Shown: positions 54,278 through 62,908 of the stretch, piece after piece
How the letters are laid out: each line of letters begins with the position of its first letter
Position numbering within the stretch: position 1 is the first letter of the stretch
DNA from: Rhizocola hellebori
Lineage (GTDB): Bacteria; Actinomycetota; Actinomycetes; Mycobacteriales; Micromonosporaceae
DNA: 64,000 nt
Assembly: GCF_016862955.1 (NCBI RefSeq)
Contig: NZ_BONY01000008.1
Location: 144,352-208,351, forward strand
Reading direction: 5' to 3'
Notes under the pieces: generated by a model
Told to the model about the DNA's origin: nothing
The model's input: the letters and a program-made list of their open reading frames with translations, nothing else
The model's database searches: none
Translations under genes and position numbers: made by a program

Positions 54278-55018
54278 ATGTGGCCGATGGGGTGGGAGGC
54301 GCTGGGGCACTGGGGTGAAGACGCCGCTCGTGTCGAACGGCTTGCGGGCGGAGTCGCCAACGACGTGTGGAGTGTGCGGGTCAACGGACGCCTTGCGGTA
54401 GGTCGTCTAGGTGCCAGGAGCGACGCCGACCTGGCGTGGGAGACCGAGCTGCTTCAGTACCTCGACCGCGAAGGCCTGACAGTGCCTGTGCCGATCCCGG
54501 CTAAGGATGGCCGATTGTTCGCCGATGGTCTGGTGGTGATGACCTATGTGGAGGGCGGACCGCCCGAGACACCGGCCGACTGGCGTCGCGTGGCCGGCAC
54601 GCTGCGCGAGGTGCATCGGTTGACGCAGGGCTGGCCGCAGCGCCCGGGTTGGCGGTCGTCGACCGATCTGCTGCACGCCGATTCCGGGACGAAGGTGGAC
54701 CTCGGCGCGATGCCTGCCGAGGGTGTTGCTCGATGCCGGGCGGCGTGGGCGCGGCTGACCGGACGTCAGACCTGTGTCGTGCACGGCGACCCTAACCCCA
54801 GAAACATCCGTGTGACCGCGAATCACGTCGGGTTGATTGACTGGGACGAGTCGCACGTCGACGTCCCCGACCTCGACCTCGTGCTTCCCGGCAACGCCGC
54901 CGGCCTCGACGACGGCGCGCACGACATCGCCGCGCAAGCATCGGCCGCGTGGGAAGCCGCCGTCTGCTGGGACGACGACTACTCAGTCAAGCGGCTGGCC
55001 GAAGTCCGCCCGGTCTGA
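54278..55018 (+). CDS. APH-family phosphotransferase (small-molecule kinase)
   Basis: VVHGDPNPRNI and LIDWDESHVD motifs; starts 2 nt after the MFS stop. Confidence 0.8.
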   Translation: MWPMGWEALGHWGEDAARVERLAGGVANDVWSVRVNGRLAVGRLGARSDADLAWETELLQYLDREGLTVPVPIPAKDGRLFADGLVVMTYVEGGPPETPADWRRVAGTLREVHRLTQGWPQRPGWRSSTDLLHADSGTKVDLGAMPAEGVARCRAAWARLTGRQTCVVHGDPNPRNIRVTANHVGLIDWDESHVDVPDLDLVLPGNAAGLDDGAHDIAAQASAAWEAAVCWDDDYSVKRLAEVRPV

Positions 55019-55029
55019 CGAGGTCGGTG

Positions 55030-55671
55030 TCAGCGCTCCTGATTGGAGCGTGCTCGGCGCGCGAGCCCGGGATAGGCGACGACAAGCCCGTCTGGGTCCA
55101 GCTGTAGGTCGGCGGTGAAGCCGCTATCGAGTGCGCTGAAACGGACGGTAGACCCACTGTCGTGCCTGCCCAGGTGCTCATAGCGCTGCGGCGCGGCATG
55201 AAGCGACAACTCCGGGACCGCCACCCACACCACCAGGATGTCGCAACTACCCGCATCGGTGTGAAGTTTCGCGCGACGAACCGGCATCAGATTCGTCAAC
55301 GGCGCCAAGCCCAGATCGCAGTCGAGAGCCCCCTCAAGTTCGGCCGCCAGCTCCTGCGGCGCGCCCGGCGCCGGCAGCTGGCATTCCCCAGTGCTGAGGG
55401 CCCGCCAAGTCCAGGCGCCGGATTCGTTGCGGCGCAGGAATAGTTCGCGGTGCCAGCCGTTGCCGGTGACTCGCGCGACGAGATGGCTGTGAACAAAGCC
55501 GCGCCGGACGTCGAGCTTGTAGGACAACTGGTATGGCTCAGGATCCATCCCGGCCTGAAACCCCGTTGCTAGAAAACCGATCTCCTTGCTGGGATCAAGG
55601 CGCGCCGTTTCCCATCGGTCAGCATCGACCCCACGCCATGAGATCAACTTGGTACGGTCCACGGCAGCCAT
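55030..55671 (-). CDS. Hypothetical protein (possibly glycolipid-binding-domain family)
   Basis: ORF with conserved-looking core; no diagnostic motif recognised. Confidence 0.4.
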   Translation of the reverse strand: MAAVDRTKLISWRGVDADRWETARLDPSKEIGFLATGFQAGMDPEPYQLSYKLDVRRGFVHSHLVARVTGNGWHRELFLRRNESGAWTWRALSTGECQLPAPGAPQELAAELEGALDCDLGLAPLTNLMPVRRAKLHTDAGSCDILVVWVAVPELSLHAAPQRYEHLGRHDSGSTVRFSALDSGFTADLQLDPDGLVVAYPGLARRARSNQER

Positions 55672-55697
55672 AATAGGAGAAGCCCGTGGCAGAAACG

Positions 55698-56384
55698 CTA
55701 GGCCCAATCCCCCGGAGCCTCGACTTGGTCGGACACCCGGAAGCTGGTGCTGCATTGCGTGCACGTGGCGCAGCCGAACACATACGTGAGCGCTTCGGCG
55801 ACACCGGCCTGTTGAGCTTGCAGGCTCAACGTGTGCAGCCGTTGACCGGCGCCCGTCAGCTCGTGGGGTAGGGCAGGCAGCAGTGGTGTGTGTTCGACAT
55901 CAGGCTTGATCGCGTAGTCCTCATGGGTGGCGAAATGGCCGTGCTCGCCGAACACCACGAACAGATACGTTCCGCAGGTCGGACACTCGACTTCGATCTC
56001 GTCGTGGATGACTCGGTCGAGTTCTTTGCCCCACACCTCATCGCCTTCCAGCGCCAGTACCGTCTTCAGGCGGTAGATGAAGTCCTGTGGATCGATAGGT
56101 GTGGGAAGCCAGGTTTCGGTCAGCTGATGCAGAGTTGCTAGCGCTTCGGCGTACCGGGCTCGCGAAGCTTGGTCGAGGTCCGCGGCGATGTTTCCAGCGA
56201 AGATCAACACCTGATCGCGGTCCGCGGGTGTGAATCCTGCGGCGATGACGGCAAGGTCGGGCAGGAGCGGGAAGCTGTCCGGGTAGCACTGGCCCTGATG
56301 GCAGACCTCGTGATAGAGGTCGCTCCAAGCTGGCGCATGTGGGTCGGCCGCCACGGTCTGCAGCAAGTTCTCGATCTTCGTCAC
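55698..56384 (-). CDS. Hypothetical protein with two CxxC pairs (CPTCGT, CATCTQC). Zinc-ribbon-like.
   Basis: 228-aa ORF, acidic, Cys pairs. Confidence 0.45.
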   Translation of the reverse strand: MTKIENLLQTVAADPHAPAWSDLYHEVCHQGQCYPDSFPLLPDLAVIAAGFTPADRDQVLIFAGNIAADLDQASRARYAEALATLHQLTETWLPTPIDPQDFIYRLKTVLALEGDEVWGKELDRVIHDEIEVECPTCGTYLFVVFGEHGHFATHEDYAIKPDVEHTPLLPALPHELTGAGQRLHTLSLQAQQAGVAEALTYVFGCATCTQCSTSFRVSDQVEAPGDWA

Positions 56385-56430
56385 GGTGCCGATCTAAACA
56401 CAGCGGGATTCCGGACGGTTATCGTCCGGG

Positions 56431-57678
56431 ATGGAATCTATGATCCGCACCGTGAACGAGACTCCCGTACGGGACTGGCGCGTCCTGGACGAAGGCATGA
56501 GCGCCTGGTTCGAGGCGCCGTCGATGGCCGCGGGTGCGGCACTTGTCCGCCGCATCGCCGAGCTGACGGAAGCCACCGGTCTGCCTGACGTAGACCTGCG
56601 CCCCGGCGGGGTGCGGGTGCGGATCGGCCCGGCGGGAGACCTCAGCCGCAACGACGTGGAGGTTGCGCGTTCGATCTCGGCGGCCGCCCAAGAGCTGGGC
56701 TTGGCCGCGGACCCGGCTGTGCTCCAAACCGTGCGGCTCGTGATCGATACCGCGGACCGGCCGTCGCTCATGTCGTTCTGGCAGACCGTGCTCGCCTACG
56801 AGCCCGTCGGTGCCGATGGGCTAAGGGATCCGTCGCGACGCGATCCCGTGCTGTCGTTCCACCAGAGCCAGCCCCGGCCGCTGCGCAATCGGATCCACAT
56901 CGATGTGGTTCGTGCGCCGGAAGCGGTGGAGGCGGTCAGGTCCGCAGTCGGACAAGAACCGTTCGGCGCGTACGGGGTCGCGCTCGCCGACGCCGACGGG
57001 AACGAGGTCGACCTGGTCCCCGGTGGCCAGCTCTCGAAGGGCCCGGAGACCGCGGACTGGCAAGTGCTGTTCGCCGCGATGGCCTACTACCCTGTCGATT
57101 CGCCGCTGCTGGCGTGTGCGCTTGTGTCGGCTGTTGCCGGTCTGGCAGACGACGCGGGGCTGCCGTTGCTGGTGGACCTGCGGCCCGATGGCGTCACGAT
57201 CGACGGCGGGAAGGACCAGTGGGACGACGGGGAAGGCTCCGCTACGAGCCAGTTCGAGGACCTGGCGGGTCGAATCCAGACCGCAGCCCGCGATCTGGGG
57301 CTTTCAGCCGACCTGACGCGCCCCCGTTTCGTCCAGCTCGGCATTGACGCCGTCGACGTTCCTGCGGTGCGAGCCTTCTGGGTGTCGGTGCTCGGATACG
57401 AGCGAGACCCGCGGACGTTCGTGACCGACATCTACGATCCGCGCCGCCTCAATCCGGTCCTGTTCTTCCAGCAGATGGACGCATCGGACCCGGAGCGGCG
57501 GCGCCAACGCAACCGCATCCACTTCGACCTCTTCGTCCCGCACGATCATGCCCAAGCCCGCATCGACGCGGCGTTGGCTTCCGGAGGACGGATCGTCGCC
57601 GACATCACTCCGAATCGCCGAACCCTCGTCGACCCGGAAGGCAACGAAGTGGACATCATTACCGTGCGCCAGACGTAG
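56431..57678 (+). CDS. Internally duplicated protein: two copies of a (PCD-like alpha/beta module + VOC/glyoxalase-like module)
   Basis: Halves 1-205 and 206-415 align (FWQTVLAYEP/FWVSVLGYER, NRIHIDVV/NRIHFDLF, DADGNEVDLV/DPEGNEVDII). Confidence 0.5.
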   Translation: MESMIRTVNETPVRDWRVLDEGMSAWFEAPSMAAGAALVRRIAELTEATGLPDVDLRPGGVRVRIGPAGDLSRNDVEVARSISAAAQELGLAADPAVLQTVRLVIDTADRPSLMSFWQTVLAYEPVGADGLRDPSRRDPVLSFHQSQPRPLRNRIHIDVVRAPEAVEAVRSAVGQEPFGAYGVALADADGNEVDLVPGGQLSKGPETADWQVLFAAMAYYPVDSPLLACALVSAVAGLADDAGLPLLVDLRPDGVTIDGGKDQWDDGEGSATSQFEDLAGRIQTAARDLGLSADLTRPRFVQLGIDAVDVPAVRAFWVSVLGYERDPRTFVTDIYDPRRLNPVLFFQQMDASDPERRRQRNRIHFDLFVPHDHAQARIDAALASGGRIVADITPNRRTLVDPEGNEVDIITVRQT

Positions 57679-57705
57679 TTGCCCTGGTTGCCCTAGCGTT
57701 AGGGA

Positions 57706-59277
57706 ATGACGGCCACTCCCGCTGCGTCCGGAACCGCCCCGGCGCGGTCGGCTCTGGTGCTGGGCACGCTGATTCTGGTCGCCGCGGTGGCCAACCTCAA
57801 CCTGTCGGTCGCCAACGTGGCGCTGCCTTCGATCGGGCGCGCTTTCGACTCCTCGCAAACCATGCTCAACCTGATCGCGGTCGGCTACTCGCTGGGCCTG
57901 GCCGCCTCGGTGCTCTACCTCGGTGCGGTCGGCGACCGATACGGCCGCAAGCTGTTGCTGGTACTCGGGATCGGCCTTTCGGTCCCGGCCTGTCTGCTGG
58001 CCGCCAATGCCGCCTCCGACGTCATGCTGGTTCTCGCCCGGGTGCTGGGCGGGGTCGCCGCGGGCATGGCATACCCCACGACGCTCGCCCTGATCGCCGC
58101 GCTGTGGTCGGGCAAGCGCCGTACCAAGGCGATTGCCATGTGGTCGGGCATAGGCGGTGCGGTCTCGGCGCTCGGGCCGCTGCTGGCAGGCGCTGCGCTG
58201 CAACGGTTCTGGTGGGGTTCGGTCTTCCTGCTCACCCTTCCGCTGGCACTGGTGGCGCTTATCCTCGCGTGGCGCAACGTGCCCGCGCACGTCAACGAGA
58301 CCACTGAGCCGGTCGACAACCTGGGCGGCGTGCTCTCTGTGCTGCTCGTCGCGGCATTGGTCTTGGGTGTCAACTTTGCGCCCAGCCCGGGGGCCGGCGC
58401 GGCAGTCGCCGGGCTGTTCCTGGTCGCGCTGGCCGCCGCGGTCGCGTTCGTGCTGCGCCAGCGGCGCGCGCCAAATCCGCTCTACGACCTGAAGGTGGCC
58501 TCGCGGCGCACGTTCTGGGTGGCGGCGCTGGCCGGGATCATCGTCTTCGGCTCGCTGATGGGTTCGCTTTTCATCGGGCAGCAGTTCATGCAGAACGTGC
58601 TTGGCTACACGACTTTGCAAAGCGGCGCCGCGATTCTGCCCTCGCCGCTGCTGATGACTCTGGTCGCCGCGCGTTCTGCGAAACTGGTTGACCGCTACGG
58701 TTCCCGCTTCACCCCTTTATGTGGGTACGGGTTCCTGCTGCTGGGTTTCCTCACCATGTTATTGCTGTGGCACGAAGGCATCCCATACTGGCGGGTCGGT
58801 CTGGCCTACGCCCTTGTCGGCGCCGGCATCGGCTTCGCCGGCACCCCCGCCTCGCGGGCGCTGACCAACTCGGTCCCGGTACGCCGCGCCGGCATGGCCT
58901 CCGGCACCGCCGACCTGCAACGCGATCTGGGCGGCGCCGTCATCCAGTCCATGCTCGGCGCCCTGCTCACGGCCGGCTACGCCGCCTCCTTCGCCCGGCA
59001 GATCCACCAGTCGCCGGACGCCGCCCGGGTCAGCCAGGCCACCGAATCCGAGCTGCAGAAGTCTTTCGCCGGCGCCGAGCAGACCGGCCATCGCTATCCC
59101 GACTACGCCACCCAGATCACCCACGCGGCACGGGAGGCGTTCCTGCAAGGCGACCGCTGGGCGTATGCGGCCGCCGTGGCGGCGAACCTGATCGGCATCG
59201 CCCTGGTCTACTTCGCCTACCCCACGCACGCCGAAGAGACCCGCCTGCTCGCCTCCTACCAGTCCAGCGACGCCTGA
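57706..59277 (+). CDS. MFS drug:H+ antiporter, DHA2 (EmrB/QacA) family, 14 TM
   Basis: 523 aa; LNLSVANVALPSIGRAFDSSQ and GRKLLLVLGIGLS motifs. Confidence 0.85.
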   Translation: MTATPAASGTAPARSALVLGTLILVAAVANLNLSVANVALPSIGRAFDSSQTMLNLIAVGYSLGLAASVLYLGAVGDRYGRKLLLVLGIGLSVPACLLAANAASDVMLVLARVLGGVAAGMAYPTTLALIAALWSGKRRTKAIAMWSGIGGAVSALGPLLAGAALQRFWWGSVFLLTLPLALVALILAWRNVPAHVNETTEPVDNLGGVLSVLLVAALVLGVNFAPSPGAGAAVAGLFLVALAAAVAFVLRQRRAPNPLYDLKVASRRTFWVAALAGIIVFGSLMGSLFIGQQFMQNVLGYTTLQSGAAILPSPLLMTLVAARSAKLVDRYGSRFTPLCGYGFLLLGFLTMLLLWHEGIPYWRVGLAYALVGAGIGFAGTPASRALTNSVPVRRAGMASGTADLQRDLGGAVIQSMLGALLTAGYAASFARQIHQSPDAARVSQATESELQKSFAGAEQTGHRYPDYATQITHAAREAFLQGDRWAYAAAVAANLIGIALVYFAYPTHAEETRLLASYQSSDA

Positions 59278-59323
59278 GTCGCCGGGGCGACGAGGCAACG
59301 CCAGACCTGGAAGGCTGCTCGGT

Positions 59324-59899
59324 ATGCGAGCGATGGACGGCGACGATGTCGAGCAAGCGGTAGCCGAGATGATGCGGATCCTCACCCCGCACGAGTCCGC
59401 GGACTGGGGACGCCGGGCCGGCACCCTCGAGTGGAGCTGCTGGACGACGGCGGCCCATGTCGCCCATGACCTTCTCGCCTACGCTGGGCAGCTCGCTGCC
59501 CGACCCGACCACGCCTACCTACCGTGCGACCTCGTTGCCCGGGAAAGTGCCTCACCCCGCGATGTCCTGCGCACGGTCGCAGGCTGCGGCCGCCTGCTCA
59601 GCACCATGCTGGCCGCTTCGGCTCCCACGACACGCGCCTGGCACTGGGGACCGACCGACCCGAGCGGCTTCGCCGCCCTCGGCGTGAACGAAACGCTGAT
59701 GCACACCCACGACATCACCCAAGGGCTCGGGATCGGCTGGAGCCCACCGGATTGGCTATGCCGGGCCGTGCTCGCCCGGCTCTTCCCCGGCGCTCCAGCC
59801 GGTGATCCCGTCGAGGTGCTGCTCTGGTCCACCGGGCGTGGCGACCTCCCCGGCCACCCACGCGTCACGTCCTGGGTACTAAAGGCAGCAATTGATTAG
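59324..59899 (+). CDS. DinB_2 / MDMPI-N-terminal-like family protein
   Basis: WSCWTTAAHVAHDL...NETLMHTHDITQGLG spacing typical of the family. Confidence 0.5.
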   Translation: MRAMDGDDVEQAVAEMMRILTPHESADWGRRAGTLEWSCWTTAAHVAHDLLAYAGQLAARPDHAYLPCDLVARESASPRDVLRTVAGCGRLLSTMLAASAPTTRAWHWGPTDPSGFAALGVNETLMHTHDITQGLGIGWSPPDWLCRAVLARLFPGAPAGDPVEVLLWSTGRGDLPGHPRVTSWVLKAAID

Positions 59900-59971
59900 A
59901 CACCGCCATGCACGCTGAGGCAGGGATAATTGGCTTGCGCAGGCGCCGAGCCGAGGGTTTGACTGCTCGCC

Positions 59972-60928
59972 ATGCTCTCCCCCTCACCGATCTTCGTTGC
60001 CGGCACGGGCCGTTCGGGAACTTCACGGATCGCCAACATCATCGGTGAACATCCGCTGATCCATCGGATTCCAATGGAGACCAAGTTTCTCATCGACCCG
60101 GGTGGCCTGCGGGACCTGGCCGACGCGCTCACCTATCGGTACGACCCCGACGTTGGTGAGGACGCCTTGCGCCGGTTGAGCGACTTCCTCACCGTAAGAG
60201 TGCCCGGCCGGCGCGACGATCGCGGCAAAACCGTTCCCGAGCTGGTCGGCGAGCAGCGCTACCGGGACGCGGTGCAACAGCTGTGGCCGCACTTGATCGC
60301 GTGCACATACGACGAACCAGCGCCCGCGGAAGGCTTCGGGAACGCCGACCGGCCCGCCGGGCCATTCGAGCCGCCCAGCCGAAGGCGGGTACTTCCCAGG
60401 TATTTCAGCGACCGGCAGGAACTGCTCGCGATTTTGCGGGGCCTGGTCGACACGATGTTCGGCGGAGCAGCCGCCGACGCGGGCAAACCGACCTGGTGCG
60501 AGAAGACACCTTTCAACCTGCTGTCCATGGAGTTCCTCTGGGAACTTGTCCCCGAAGCGACCATCGTGCACATCAAACGTCACCCGGTCTCAGTGCTTGC
60601 TTCCTATCTGGCCCAGCCATGGGCACCACCCACCGTCGACGGGGCGCTCGCCTACCTCAAACCGGTCTACCACCGATGGCTCACTTGGAAGAACACAGTC
60701 GACCTGACGGGCAGGCGATATATCGAGGTTAAGGCAGAAGATCTCGCAGCCGACTGGCCCGGACAGCGCCGCGCCCTATTCGAAAGGCTAGACGTCAACG
60801 ACTTCGCCACCCCTTCAACGTTTCAGTCGCACAAGCTGACGAACCGCGACGACCAATTCGACAGCGAAACCCGTGAACACATCGAAAAGGCACTTGGCAA
60901 AGTCATCCCGGCCATGGGATATCAATGA
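59972..60928 (+). CDS. Sulfotransferase-family protein
   Basis: FVAGTGRSGTS (5'-PSB loop), WCEKTPFN, IVHIKRHP (3'-PB). Confidence 0.75.
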   Translation: MLSPSPIFVAGTGRSGTSRIANIIGEHPLIHRIPMETKFLIDPGGLRDLADALTYRYDPDVGEDALRRLSDFLTVRVPGRRDDRGKTVPELVGEQRYRDAVQQLWPHLIACTYDEPAPAEGFGNADRPAGPFEPPSRRRVLPRYFSDRQELLAILRGLVDTMFGGAAADAGKPTWCEKTPFNLLSMEFLWELVPEATIVHIKRHPVSVLASYLAQPWAPPTVDGALAYLKPVYHRWLTWKNTVDLTGRRYIEVKAEDLAADWPGQRRALFERLDVNDFATPSTFQSHKLTNRDDQFDSETREHIEKALGKVIPAMGYQ

Positions 60929-60937
60929 CGGGTGGCG

Positions 60938-62746
60938 CTAAGGCGGTGGAGCGCTTGGCCAGACGGTGGCGGCCGAGCCGCCGCCGCGGCGGGTCGGTTC
61001 GGCCGCGGCGAGCAGCTGTCCGGAGGCTAGGAACTCGATGGCTGTCGCTGCCCCGATTTCTGGGGTGGACGCGAATTCGTGACCTAGCGCCTCAAGCCCG
61101 GGGCGCTGCGGGTCGAAGCCGGGCTCGGCCAACACGTCCGGGGTGTTGCGCTGTGCCGCCCGAGCGGCGGCAAGCGCCTCGGGCAGTGTCATTCCGAAGT
61201 CGATGCGGTTGACCAGCATCTGCAGCACAGTGGTGATGATCGTCGATCCGCCTGGCGTGCCAAGGGCCAGGAACGGGCGACCGTCGTGGAGCACGACCGT
61301 CGGTGCTATCGAGCTGCGCGGCCGTTTGAACGGTGCCGGCAGGTTGGGATCGGGCGCGGAGCCCTGGGTGGGGACGAAGCTGAAGTCGGTCAGCTCGTTG
61401 TTGAGCAGGAAGCCCCGGCCGGGCACGACCATCGCGTTGCCGCCGGACTGCTCGATCGTGAGCGTGTACTCCACGACGTTGCCCCAGCGGTCGGCCACGG
61501 CCAGGTTCGTGGTGGACTGGCCCGCCGTAGACGGCGCTCCGGCAGCGGCGGTCGGGCAGGCACCCTGCGATCCGTGCGGCACGCCCGGTGGGACGGGTTT
61601 GGTCAGCGCGGCCGCCGGGTTGATCTGGCAGGCGCGCTGCGCGGCGAAGCCATCGCTGAGCAGCTCGCGCAGCAGGGCCCGCGGAGTGTCGTCGCCGACG
61701 TAGCGGTTGCGGTCGGCGAACGTGAGCGCACTGGCCTCGAGATAGTGGTGCAGCGCTTGGGTTCGCGAGAGGCCCGACAGGTCGAAGCGCTCCAGGATGT
61801 TCAGGGCTTCGCCGACCGACTGGCCGCCGCTAGACGGCGTCGCCATGCCGTACACGTCCAGGCCGCGGTAGCGCGAGTGGGTCGGCTCAGGGAACCTCAC
61901 GTCGTAGCGCGCGAGGTCCTGCCGCGTCATCTCCCCCGGCCGGATGGGCCACGGCCAGGTCCCGACCGGGTTGGCTGCGATTGGCGGCTTCTGCACGGTC
62001 TCGACGATGTCGCTGGCGATGTCGCCACGGTAGAACACTTCTGGGCCTTGCCTGCCGATGAGACGGTACGTGGCCGCGAGGTCACGGTTACGCAACCGGC
62101 TCCCGACGGCGGGTGGCTGCCCGCCGGGCAGGTAGAGCGCGCTGGTGGAGTCGAACTGCCCGAACGCGGCGGCGTTGTCGGCGACCTGCTGCTGAAACGT
62201 CGCGTCGACGGTGAAACCCGTCTCGGCGAGCTGGGCCGCCGGGCGCAGCGCCTGCCCCAGCGACAGACTGCCCCAGCGGTTCAGCGCAGCCCGCCAGGTC
62301 GCCAAGGTGCCGGGCACACCGACCGAGAGGCCGGACACGCGCGCCTCCTGGAACGCGTAAGGCAGCCCGGTCGCCGGGTCGACGAACACGTCGACGCTCG
62401 TCGCGGCCGGAGCCGCCTCCCGACCGTCGATTGTGGACACTCGTCCGCGACGGGCGTCATAGAAGACGAAGAAACCGCCACCGCCGATGCCGGCGGAGAA
62501 CGGCTCGGTGACGCCCAACGCAGCGGCCGCGGCGACCGCGGCGTCGACGGCGTTCCCGCCCCGCCGCAGCACCTCCAACCCGATCCGCGTGGCGTCGGCG
62601 TCAACCGTGGCGACGGCTCCGCCAAAGCCGACCGCGGTCGGCTCCTTGACGAACAGATGGTCAGCCTGCGCGGGCACAGGCGGCAGCACGCCCACCGCCA
62701 GCACCGTCGCACCGGCCCATACCGCTCGCCATCCTCGGACCTTCAT
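60938..62746 (-). CDS. ggt: Gamma-glutamyltransferase (secreted)
   Basis: Signal peptide; TTNLAVADRWGNVV autocatalytic Thr region; GGGGFF; 602 aa. Confidence 0.9.
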   Translation of the reverse strand: MKVRGWRAVWAGATVLAVGVLPPVPAQADHLFVKEPTAVGFGGAVATVDADATRIGLEVLRRGGNAVDAAVAAAAALGVTEPFSAGIGGGGFFVFYDARRGRVSTIDGREAAPAATSVDVFVDPATGLPYAFQEARVSGLSVGVPGTLATWRAALNRWGSLSLGQALRPAAQLAETGFTVDATFQQQVADNAAAFGQFDSTSALYLPGGQPPAVGSRLRNRDLAATYRLIGRQGPEVFYRGDIASDIVETVQKPPIAANPVGTWPWPIRPGEMTRQDLARYDVRFPEPTHSRYRGLDVYGMATPSSGGQSVGEALNILERFDLSGLSRTQALHHYLEASALTFADRNRYVGDDTPRALLRELLSDGFAAQRACQINPAAALTKPVPPGVPHGSQGACPTAAAGAPSTAGQSTTNLAVADRWGNVVEYTLTIEQSGGNAMVVPGRGFLLNNELTDFSFVPTQGSAPDPNLPAPFKRPRSSIAPTVVLHDGRPFLALGTPGGSTIITTVLQMLVNRIDFGMTLPEALAAARAAQRNTPDVLAEPGFDPQRPGLEALGHEFASTPEIGAATAIEFLASGQLLAAAEPTRRGGGSAATVWPSAPPP

Positions 62747-62908
62747 ACCCGCGCCCCCGCATCTTGACCGGCATGTGGCGTGGTTGCCAGACCCGCGGGC
62801 GCCTCTTGTGCCGTCGGCCGGTTGCCGCCAATTCTATGAGCAATGCGGCGGGCTGCTCCTCTTTGAACCTGCCCCATTCCCCTGGCGTGTCAGCGGTCCA
62901 CGGCCCGA

